Part shown: one piece after another, positions 6,203-13,188 of the stretch
Layout of the letters: every line of letters starts with the position of its first letter
Position numbering within the stretch: the stretch's first letter is position 1
Assembly (NCBI GenBank): GCA_964392415.1
Contig: CAYMPL010000054.1
Span: 1-13,188, forward strand
Direction of reading: 5' to 3'
DNA: 13,188 nt
DNA from: an uncultured bacterium
GTDB lineage: Bacteria; Bdellovibrionota; JACOXK01; 2-02-FULL-40-11
Position numbers and translations under genes: made by a program
Notes under the pieces: generated by a model
What the model was told of the DNA's origin: nothing
Seen by the model: the letters and a program-made list of their open reading frames with translations, nothing else
Database searches by the model: none

Positions 6203-7133
6203 AACGCCGGTTCAGGAAGTGTGGTTCCCTGAATCAAATATTATTATCAAGAGGCAGTGGCGGAATCTCAAAGAGGGGACTATCAGTGTTGTCTTATTCT
6301 GTGCGGCATTCTGTTCGATTTTCATTACGCTTGGGATTATTGGGATTCTCATCTTTGAATCGATCCCCTTTTTTAAAGCGGTTCCACTCAAAGAATTTTT
6401 AACGGATACGCAGTGGACTCCTCTTTTTGCTCAGGCTCATTACGGCATCTGGCCGCTGATTTCAGGAACTCTTGTGACAACCTCGGTTGCCCTTTGTGTC
6501 GCCCTTCCTTTGGGGACAGCGATTGCGATTTATCTCAGCGAATACGCCGGGGGGCGCTTTCGCGAAACGATCAAGCCTGTTTTGGAACTCTTGAGCGCTG
6601 TGCCGACGGTTGTTTATGGTTACTTTGCCCTGTTATTTGTTACGCCGCTGCTTCAGGGAATCATGCCATCCCTTTCCGGATTTAATATGCTCAGCGCGGG
6701 GTTGGTGATGGGGATTATGATTATTCCTTATGTCAGTTCCCTCTGTGAAGACGCCATGCGGGCGGTTCCGATGTCTCTTCGCGAAGGATCTTATGCGATG
6801 GGAGCGACCCGTTTGCAAACCTCTTTACGGGTCATTTTCCCCGCTGCGTTTTCCGGGATTACGGCCGCCTATATTTTGGCGATTTCACGTGCTGTGGGGG
6901 AGACGATGATTGTTGCAATTGCCGCTGGCATGCAGGCGAGATTAACCTGGAATCCGCTCGAGCCTGCTGAAACGATTACGGCCTATATCGTGCAGGTCAG
7001 TTTGGGAGATCTGCCCCATGGGAGTATTGGCTATCAGACTATTTTTGTTGCGGGATTAACCTTATTTTTGATCACCTTTTTATTTAATATGGTCGGCTAT
7101 TTTCTCAAACGACGCTATCGTGAGGTTTATTAG
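6186..7133 (+). CDS. pstC: Phosphate ABC transporter permease PstC. The ORF track puts a GTG start at 6186, overlapping the pstS end; the exact start is uncertain.
   Basis: It is a multi-TM permease with the ABC type-1 EAA-like loop SRAVGETMIVAIAAG. It is the first of the two permease genes after pstS. Confidence 0.85.
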   Translation: MGPNTETPVQEVWFPESNIIIKRQWRNLKEGTISVVLFCAAFCSIFITLGIIGILIFESIPFFKAVPLKEFLTDTQWTPLFAQAHYGIWPLISGTLVTTSVALCVALPLGTAIAIYLSEYAGGRFRETIKPVLELLSAVPTVVYGYFALLFVTPLLQGIMPSLSGFNMLSAGLVMGIMIIPYVSSLCEDAMRAVPMSLREGSYAMGATRLQTSLRVIFPAAFSGITAAYILAISRAVGETMIVAIAAGMQARLTWNPLEPAETITAYIVQVSLGDLPHGSIGYQTIFVAGLTLFLITFLFNMVGYFLKRRYREVY

Positions 7134-8023
7134 TGACTCGCTCAAAGAGATATGATCTTCTTTTTTCATTCTTTAGTCTCTCAGCGCTCTGTTTGGCGCT
7201 CGCAACCCTTCTTGCATTGATGATGGCTCTCATGATCGAAGGGCTTCCGCGCATGAGCGGCTCTTTTTTGACCTCTTTCCCCTCGCGTTTTGCCGATCAG
7301 GCAGGAATTCTTTCAGCATGGGTGGGGACGCTGTCGGTTATGACGGTGACCGCCCTGACCGCTATTCCTCTGGGTGTCGCCGCTGGTCTTTATCTTGAAG
7401 AGTATGCGCCAAAAAATTTTTTAACCGCTTTTATTGAAATGAATATTTCGAATCTTGCGGGGGTTCCATCGATCGTCTATGGCTTGATGGCTCTGGGCAT
7501 ATTTGTTTACAAATTTCAGTTTGGTCAGAGCATTTTAACGGCAGGTCTCACATTGGCGCTTCTCATTCTTCCGATTATTATTGTAACGACACGGGAAACG
7601 ATTCGGGCTATCCCGCTGATGATCCGGGAGGGGGCCTATGCGCTGGGCGCCACGCGCTGGCAGATGGTCAAAGATCACATTCTCCCTTATTCGACGGGAG
7701 GAATCTTGACAGGGGTTATTATCGCGCTCTCTCGCGCGATCGCTGAGACGGCACCGCTCATTACCATTGGGGCTTTGACTTTTATAGCATTTTTGCCGCA
7801 CTCCCCATTTCAAAGCGGTTTTCCTTTTATTTCGTTTGAGTGGCTGAAAGATCCCTTTACCGTTCTTCCGATTCAGATGTTTAACTGGATCTCCCGTCCT
7901 CAAGAAGAGTTCCATCAGAATGCGGCTGCGGCTGGGATTGTTCTTGTTGCCCTTACTTTGATGATGAACGGTTTGGCTATTTATGTGAGATATCGATTCC
8001 GGAAAAGGATCAAATGGGCATGA
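7133..8023 (+). CDS. pstA: Phosphate ABC transporter permease PstA
   Basis: The GTG start at 7133 overlaps the pstC stop TAG at 7131-7133, with GAGG 7 nt upstream. It is a multi-TM permease with the loop [16 protein letters not shown], and is the second permease gene of the operon. Confidence 0.85.
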   Translation: MTRSKRYDLLFSFFSLSALCLALATLLALMMALMIEGLPRMSGSFLTSFPSRFADQAGILSAWVGTLSVMTVTALTAIPLGVAAGLYLEEYAPKNFLTAFIEMNISNLAGVPSIVYGLMALGIFVYKFQFGQSILTAGLTLALLILPIIIVTTRETIRAIPLMIREGAYALGATRWQMVKDHILPYSTGGILTGVIIALSRAIAETAPLITIGALTFIAFLPHSPFQSGFPFISFEWLKDPFTVLPIQMFNWISRPQEEFHQNAAAAGIVLVALTLMMNGLAIYVRYRFRKRIKWA

Positions 8024-8781
8024 ACGAGAAAGCAGAGGTCAAAAATTTAAGCTTTTTTTATGGGGATGTAAAAGCGTTGGATTCTATTTCTGTTCCTATC
8101 TACAAAAATAGAATCACAGCGATGATCGGGCCTTCCGGATGCGGAAAGACGACCCTGCTTCGCTGCTTCAACCGCCTGCACGATCTTTATCCAGGCAATC
8201 GTTATGAAGGGGAGATTGTTTTATTCCCGGAGAATATCGATATTTTAAAAAAAGAAGTCGATCTGGTGGGACTTCGAATGCGAATCAGCATGGTTTTTCA
8301 AAAGCCAAATCCGTTCCCAAAATCAATTTATGAAAATGTCGCCTATGGCTTGCGTGTCAGAGGGATGAAGAATTCTTATTTCATCGGTGAAAAAGTTGAA
8401 GAGTCTTTGAAAAACGCGGCTCTCTGGGAGGAAGTTAAAGATCGCCTCTATGACCAGGCTTATCAGCTTTCAGGAGGGCAGCAGCAGCGGCTCTGTATCG
8501 CTCGCGCGCTGGCAACCGATCCGGAAATTGTTCTTTTTGATGAACCGACATCCGCGCTGGATCCCATTGCCACTCAAAAGATTGAGGAGCTGATTCATAG
8601 CCTGAAAGAACACTATACGGTGATTATTGTGACGCACAATATGCAGCAGGCTGCCCGGGTTTCTGATTTTACCGCTTTTTTTTATTTGGGCGAATTGATA
8701 GAGTTTGAGAAGACGGCAATTTTATTTACCAATCCAAAAGTAAAGAAAACAGAAGAGTATATTACAGGAAGGTTTGGATAA
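8014..8781 (+). CDS. pstB: Phosphate import ATP-binding protein PstB
   Basis: Walker [13 protein letters not shown] signature LSGGQQQRL. Walker [14 protein letters not shown]-loop VTHNM. The start overlaps the pstA end. Confidence 0.95.
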   Translation: MGMNEKAEVKNLSFFYGDVKALDSISVPIYKNRITAMIGPSGCGKTTLLRCFNRLHDLYPGNRYEGEIVLFPENIDILKKEVDLVGLRMRISMVFQKPNPFPKSIYENVAYGLRVRGMKNSYFIGEKVEESLKNAALWEEVKDRLYDQAYQLSGGQQQRLCIARALATDPEIVLFDEPTSALDPIATQKIEELIHSLKEHYTVIIVTHNMQQAARVSDFTAFFYLGELIEFEKTAILFTNPKVKKTEEYITGRFG

Positions 8782-9468
8782 ATGACGCTTGCGCAGAAAT
8801 CGTTTGAAAGAGATCTTCAGGAAATCCAGGAAGAGCTTATTATGATGGGGGGAATGGTTGAAAAGGCGATTTCAACCTCTATTCTTGCTCTAAAGGATTT
8901 AAATGCGCGCCTCGCAAAAGAGGTGATTCGCTATGACAAAACGATTGATGAGCAGGAGCTAAAGATTGAAGACCTCTGTATCAAATACATTGCGCTGCAG
9001 CAGCCGAAAGCGACAGATCTCCGTTTTATTACCTCCGCCATGAAAATCAATAATGAACTCGAAAGAATGGGGGATTACGCGGAGAGCATTGCGCGGCAAG
9101 CTCTTTTTCTTTCTTCGAAACCGCCGTTAAAACCCTTGGTGAACATTCCACTGATGTCTGAACGCGTTCAGGCAATGGTGAAAGATTGTCTGACTGCCTT
9201 TTTAAAGAAGGATCAAGCTTTGGCGCACGATGTGATTCATCGGGATCATGCTGTCGATGAATTGCAAACGAGGATTTATAAGAACCTTCTTGGCGATATG
9301 ATTCGCGATCCAAATGCGATTGAAAGGGCGAGTTCATTGCTATTGGTTTCAACGCGGCTTGAGAGAATTGCCGATCAGGCGACCAATGTCTGCGAAGATG
9401 TCATTTATCTCGTCACCGGTGTGACCGTAAGACACAGAGACAAATTGAAGTTGGACGAGTCATCTTAA
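8782..9468 (+). CDS. phoU: Phosphate signalling complex protein PhoU
   Basis: 228 aa, two-repeat helical PhoU architecture (E(x)LxxMG..V.. / ..RIADxATNV). The ATG sits immediately after the pstB stop with a GGAAGG Shine-Dalgarno sequence. It is the canonical last gene of the pst operon. Confidence 0.9.
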   Translation: MTLAQKSFERDLQEIQEELIMMGGMVEKAISTSILALKDLNARLAKEVIRYDKTIDEQELKIEDLCIKYIALQQPKATDLRFITSAMKINNELERMGDYAESIARQALFLSSKPPLKPLVNIPLMSERVQAMVKDCLTAFLKKDQALAHDVIHRDHAVDELQTRIYKNLLGDMIRDPNAIERASSLLLVSTRLERIADQATNVCEDVIYLVTGVTVRHRDKLKLDESS

Positions 9469-11217
9469 GGGGAGTCTCAAGGTAAAGCTGGTTCCTTTGC
9501 CTGGGGAGCTTTCTACATCTACCGTTCCTTCATGAAGAAGGGCGACATGTTTAACAATGGCAAGTCCAAGCCCGGTTCCACCCCATTCGCGGTCTCGTCC
9601 CCGATCGACGCGATAAAATCGCTCAAAAATCCGGGGAAGATGTTCAGAGCTGATTCCGATGCCCGTATCTTTTATAGTCATTTTAATTTCTTTCTCTGTT
9701 TTTAGAGCTTCGATCTGAATTTTGCCGCCAGGGGGGGTGTATTTCGCGGCATTGTCGAGCAGATTCACAAATGCCTGCTCTAATTTGGTTTCATCAGCGG
9801 TCAGTTCATCGATTTTAATTTTTGTTTCTAAGGAAATATTTTTCTTTTCTGCCGCCGGCTTCATTTTGGAAATAATGTGATTGATAAATACGTGAAAATC
9901 AAATTTCTTTGCGCGCAATTGGTCATTAGATTCAAGGGATTCAAGCTCGGACAATGTCAAAAGATCATCCACAAGAGCCGTTAAGCGATCGACGTTATTT
10001 TTAATAATGGCTGCAAATTTAGAGCTGTTTTCGCGATCATCCAACCCCCCCTGGAGAAGCGTGTCGGTATATCCTCGAATAGAGGTGAGAGGGGTCTTAA
10101 ATTCATGTGAAACGTTTGCCACAAAATCGACCCGCATCTGTTCCACCCGTTTAAGTCCGGTGATATCATGAAAAATCGAAACGACCCCAAAAATTTCCTC
10201 TCCTTTCAGGAAGAATGGGGAAACGATAACTTCATAATGTTTTTCTTCCGAGTGATTTACTATTTTAATTTGTTTTTGGTAAATTTTATGATCAGCAAGC
10301 GAGGCATCGATGAGCGTTGAAAGTTCGGGAATTCTTACGATCTCGAGGAGCCTTCTTCCCTGTAATTCTTTTTCCTGAATGTGAAAGATATCGCAAAAAC
10401 GCTGGTTATAAAGGATGAGGTTTTTATGAATATCGACAGTCAAAACTCCGTCGTAAATACTCGAAAGAATGGTTGAGAGTTTTAGCTTTTCCTGAGAGAT
10501 ATTTGAAATGGTTTGAGAGAGTTGATCTTTCATTGAATTGAGAGAACCTGCCAGGATGCCAAGTTCATCGGTTCTCGAAATGAAAAGTTTTTGAGAAAAA
10601 TCCCCTTCCGCGATTTTCTTTGAAAAGGCAGTCATTTCTTCAACGGGTTTGGTGATCAATTGAGTTATTTTAAAGCCGACAAAGAGAATTAAAATTCCTC
10701 CCATCAGAAATATGATGAATAAAATATGAGAGAAGCCGCTGAAACTCTCTCGGAGTGTTTTTAAAGGAAGCGCCACTCTCAAATAGCCGATGCCTTCAAT
10801 CTGTTTTGCGACATAGAGCATCTCTTTTTTAACGGTGTCGCTAAAACGGATGCTCAGGCCGAACAACTGATTTTCTGATGAGATAATTTCTGGGCGTTCC
10901 GAGTGATTATCCATCTTGCGGGGATCGGCGTCAGAATCTCCCAGAACAGAGCCATTTTTTTGAATGAATGTGATTCGGAAAGAGAGGATTTTCCCATATT
11001 TTTTACAGAAACGGTCCGGTCTTTTTTTTGCCCATGGCGTATCTTTAAAGGAATGTTCCAGTTGAAGCAGGTGTTTTTTTAAAAAAAGCTCTACCTGCTC
11101 GATGTGCTCTTTTCTTAAGGCATGGGTTCCATACCATCCTATGGCAATTGCTGTCACAAGGAGCGAAGCCGAAAAAATCAGAAATATCTTTGAAAACAAA
11201 CGCTTTTTAAACTTCAT
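9460..11217 (-). CDS. phoR: Phosphate regulon sensor histidine kinase PhoR-like (TM - periplasmic loop - TM - HAMP - PAS - HisKA - HATPase)
   Basis: Two TM segments flank a ~130 aa extracytoplasmic region. The HAMP region is TKPVEEMTAFSKKIAEGDF...GSLNSMKD. The H-box is VANVSHEFKTPLTSIRGY. The G-boxes are DTGIGI and GGTGLGLAIVKHV. The ATG overlaps the phoB stop in an ATGA arrangement. The 3' end overlaps the phoU 3' end by 9 bp, convergently. Confidence 0.85.
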   Translation of the reverse strand: MKFKKRLFSKIFLIFSASLLVTAIAIGWYGTHALRKEHIEQVELFLKKHLLQLEHSFKDTPWAKKRPDRFCKKYGKILSFRITFIQKNGSVLGDSDADPRKMDNHSERPEIISSENQLFGLSIRFSDTVKKEMLYVAKQIEGIGYLRVALPLKTLRESFSGFSHILFIIFLMGGILILFVGFKITQLITKPVEEMTAFSKKIAEGDFSQKLFISRTDELGILAGSLNSMKDQLSQTISNISQEKLKLSTILSSIYDGVLTVDIHKNLILYNQRFCDIFHIQEKELQGRRLLEIVRIPELSTLIDASLADHKIYQKQIKIVNHSEEKHYEVIVSPFFLKGEEIFGVVSIFHDITGLKRVEQMRVDFVANVSHEFKTPLTSIRGYTDTLLQGGLDDRENSSKFAAIIKNNVDRLTALVDDLLTLSELESLESNDQLRAKKFDFHVFINHIISKMKPAAEKKNISLETKIKIDELTADETKLEQAFVNLLDNAAKYTPPGGKIQIEALKTEKEIKMTIKDTGIGISSEHLPRIFERFYRVDRGRDREWGGTGLGLAIVKHVALLHEGTVDVESSPGKGTSFTLRLPLR

Positions 11218-11906
11218 TCATCCCGGAATCGGTATCCTATACCACGGATCGTCTCGATATAGATATCCCCCCCGCCTAATTTTTTTCTCAAGGATTGAAT
11301 ATGCACATCAATGGTCCGGTCGATGACAATGGTTTCGCCGCCTGTGACTTCATCAAGGAGGCGATCTCTGGTAAGGACGCGCCCCTGGTTTTCAATGAGG
11401 GCTTTTAGGATTTTAAACTCTGTCAGCGTCAATTTGATCTCTTTTTTATTCATATAAATTTTATGCCGGGCCCAATGAATGCGAAGAGAGGCATACCTAA
11501 ATTCTTGTTCGGTGACTGACCGCGAAGATGTTCTTCTTAGAATCGCCTTAATTCTTGCCACGATTTCAGAGATATCAAATGGTTTGGCGACATAATCGTC
11601 CGCTCCCAGCTGCAATCCCTTAACCATATCTTCTTTAGCGGATTTTGCGGTGAGAATGAGGATTGCAATGTCTTTTGTTTTTGGATTTGATTTGATTTTA
11701 TTACAAAATTCAAGGCCGGACATCTTGGGGAGCATAATATCCAAAATAATGAGGAGCGGGTTTTCTTCTTCAAGCCAAAGCAGCGCTTCTTCGGCGGATC
11801 TTACCTGTTTTACCGGGAAAAATTCTTTTTTCAGATGATATGAAAGAAGTTCTCCAATATCTTTTTCGTCCTCAACAATTAGGATCTTTTTTGCTTTTAG
11901 TTCCAT
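11214..11906 (-). CDS. phoB: OmpR/PhoB-family response regulator, probable PhoB. The ORF track extends to a TTG at 11915; the ATG at 11906 gives MELKAKKILIVEDE.
   Basis: The receiver domain has the conserved D in ILDIMLP and the K in AKP. The C-terminal winged helix is TLTEFKILKALIENQGRVLTRDRLLDEV...GYRF. It is co-oriented with and coupled to phoR, and lies next to the pst operon. Confidence 0.85.
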   Translation of the reverse strand: MELKAKKILIVEDEKDIGELLSYHLKKEFFPVKQVRSAEEALLWLEEENPLLIILDIMLPKMSGLEFCNKIKSNPKTKDIAILILTAKSAKEDMVKGLQLGADDYVAKPFDISEIVARIKAILRRTSSRSVTEQEFRYASLRIHWARHKIYMNKKEIKLTLTEFKILKALIENQGRVLTRDRLLDEVTGGETIVIDRTIDVHIQSLRKKLGGGDIYIETIRGIGYRFRDE

Positions 11907-11937
11907 AGACGACAAGTTATATGAGGATAGTTAAAAT

Positions 11938-11959
11938 TGTGTCAAGATAGTGTGAAAAC
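11938..11959. promoter_or_regulatory. Pho-box-like direct repeat (TGTGTCAAGATAGTGTGAAAAC; two TGTCA/TGTGA half-sites at an 11-bp period) in the phoB/ORF-12059 divergent region
   Basis: The enterobacterial Pho-box consensus is CTGTCATA(A/T)A(T/A)CTGTCA(C/T). This repeat has the same 7+4 periodicity. Read on the minus strand it gives TTGACAC, a -35-like hexamer for phoB. Confidence 0.35.
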
Positions 11960-11975
11960 TTGCGCAGTCCAGATA

Positions 11976-12003
11976 TTTGACATCCTGCTCATTCTAACTA
12001 TCA
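11976..12003 (+). promoter_or_regulatory. Sigma70-like promoter for the 12059 ORF
   Basis: TTGACA at 11976-11981, a 16-nt spacer, then TATCAT at 11998-12003. It lies ~55 nt upstream of the ATG. Confidence 0.45.
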
Positions 12004-12058
12004 TGAAACTATAGGCTTTTATTCGGTACGTGTGTGGTTTTAAGCCTAGGTCATTCTA

Positions 12059-13135
12059 ATGAAGTTTCACAAATTCTGTTTTTTCTTTTTTTTCTATCTG
12101 TCGGTAGTCGGATACGGCGAGGACCGTCAGCATCATTTTTTGTCTCAAGGCGAAAGCATCCATCTGATTGAAATGGGTTTTGTCTCTGCGAATGTAAAAG
12201 CCCGGATTGAGTGGGTTGCTGAAACCAGAAAGGATCAGGAAATTATTTATCATCCCCGAAAGAAGAAAGTTTCAAGTCGCGATGTGGAATTGAGGGATCA
12301 TCTGTTGTATTTTCGTCGGCCCGGCGAATATTTGGTTGAATTCATCAGGGAAGATCAAACGAAAGAGATCCGGATAATAAAAGTCGTCCCAAATCAGGAC
12401 TCTGGCATAGGTACTTTTGGAGATCCTTTTAAAGATATTCATCTCTATGCGTTTCGTGATGCATTTTATAAAACGATTTTTCATCTTGAGCTTCGATTTG
12501 TCCGAAAAGGGGATTGGGGATCGCGGCTGCCCCCCCCTCCCAATGTATCGTGGGAAATCAGCGGCGGCAGGCACCACGTTTTGGATGATGAACTCCCCTA
12601 TTTTTCAAAAATCAGGGCATTTCAAAAGAGTGTTGTCTTGAAGGAATTTGGATCTTATGAAGCAAAAGCCTATGTGAGTCTGTCAGATGGAGGAGTTCTT
12701 GAAAGAAGTGTGACGATTAATCTTCAACCAGAGGCGAGCAATACGCCGTTGTTGGCCACAGATACGCAATTACTTTCTTTTCCCATAAATAAACCAGTGC
12801 GTGTTTTTGTTCAAAATAGTTTGTCGAACGAGAGATATCAATATGCATGGCGTGTCAAAGCCGTTCACCATCCAGAGTGTCTACAAGAATGGCTTGAGTT
12901 GGAGGATGCGGACAATTTTTCTGTAAGAGGAATTCTTCATTATATATGCGACAACGGTTATGAAGAAGAACTGGTTGCAGAGAGAGATTACTTACTTTCG
13001 AAACAAGACATACATAAAGCAGAATTTCTATTTAAGAATCCCGGAAGGTATGAGGTGGGACTTCTTTTGTTTGATTCTATCGGGCAAATCTATTCATCGA
13101 GTTCCAAAAGAATAATGCTATATCGGCGGGATTAA
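12059..13135 (+). CDS. Hypothetical secreted or periplasmic protein (358 aa) with an N-terminal signal peptide; no recognisable domain
   Basis: The long ORF has a hydrophobic N-terminus MKFHKFCFFFFFYLSVVGYG. It is divergent from phoB and shares the Pho-box-like region. Internal T8 and C8 homopolymer tracts were read directly from the sequence. Confidence 0.65.
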   Translation: MKFHKFCFFFFFYLSVVGYGEDRQHHFLSQGESIHLIEMGFVSANVKARIEWVAETRKDQEIIYHPRKKKVSSRDVELRDHLLYFRRPGEYLVEFIREDQTKEIRIIKVVPNQDSGIGTFGDPFKDIHLYAFRDAFYKTIFHLELRFVRKGDWGSRLPPPPNVSWEISGGRHHVLDDELPYFSKIRAFQKSVVLKEFGSYEAKAYVSLSDGGVLERSVTINLQPEASNTPLLATDTQLLSFPINKPVRVFVQNSLSNERYQYAWRVKAVHHPECLQEWLELEDADNFSVRGILHYICDNGYEEELVAERDYLLSKQDIHKAEFLFKNPGRYEVGLLLFDSIGQIYSSSSKRIMLYRRD

Positions 13136-13160
13136 TTTGTGCTGCGCGCTATTTGCCTGA

Positions 13161-13175
13161 GGCAAATGGCTTGCG
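13161..13175 (+). terminator. Weak hairpin (TTTGCC tga GGCAAA) downstream of the 12059 ORF; no T-tract follows
   Basis: A perfect 6-bp inverted repeat read directly from the sequence, 26 nt after the stop. It lacks a poly-U, so it is at best a weak or factor-dependent terminator. Confidence 0.2.
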
Positions 13176-13188
13176 ACTTAAGTTTTCT

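Noticed and set aside
8664-8679. 16-nt exact match (gattttaccgctttt) between the pstB coding sequence and both copies of the 95-bp repeat
   Set aside because: The match does not extend on either side. In pstB it encodes the conserved SDFTAFF segment. It is most likely chance plus the biased T-rich composition, not a third repeat copy.
9729-9735. G7 homopolymer inside phoR (C7 on the coding strand)
   Set aside because: It encodes the PPGG of the HATPase domain in frame. It is probably ordinary coding sequence. A phase-variable sensor kinase is unlikely, though it cannot be excluded from sequence alone.
1-13188. Scan for CRISPR arrays, tRNA/rRNA genes and IS-type terminal inverted repeats
   Set aside because: No regularly spaced short repeats, no tRNA-like cloverleaf candidates, and no transposase ORF or terminal inverted repeats were seen around the ATPase cassette. 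Its flanking repeats are direct, not inverted.

Overview
This is a low-GC bacterial window (taxon not determinable from sequence alone) with three distinct parts. Part 1 (1..3199, + strand) is the distal end of a gas-vesicle (gvp) operon: a truncated upstream gene, then four translationally coupled genes — a GvpF/L-family gene, a GvpA/J/M-family gene, a small PH/GRAM-like protein gene, and a short HscC-like Hsp70 embedded in the operon. Part 2 (3200..5090) is a single-gene insertion-like unit. It carries an AAA_14/DUF4143-type ATPase expressed from an apparently leaderless sigma70-like promoter. The unit is bracketed by ~95-bp imperfect direct repeats. Repeat B is the 3' end, including the stop codon, of the convergent PGPGW-type small membrane protein gene; repeat A is a decayed copy of that tail. 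Part 3 (5166..13135) is a conventional phosphate-starvation locus: pstS-pstC-pstA-pstB-phoU on the + strand, phoB-phoR on the - strand converging on and overlapping phoU by 9 bp, and a divergent intergenic region carrying a Pho-box-like direct repeat. Downstream is an orphan signal-peptide protein gene of unknown function. No tRNA, rRNA or CRISPR array was seen. The most interesting candidates are (i) the Hsp70 plus PH-like pair inside a gas-vesicle operon and (ii) the repeat-flanked ATPase cassette.
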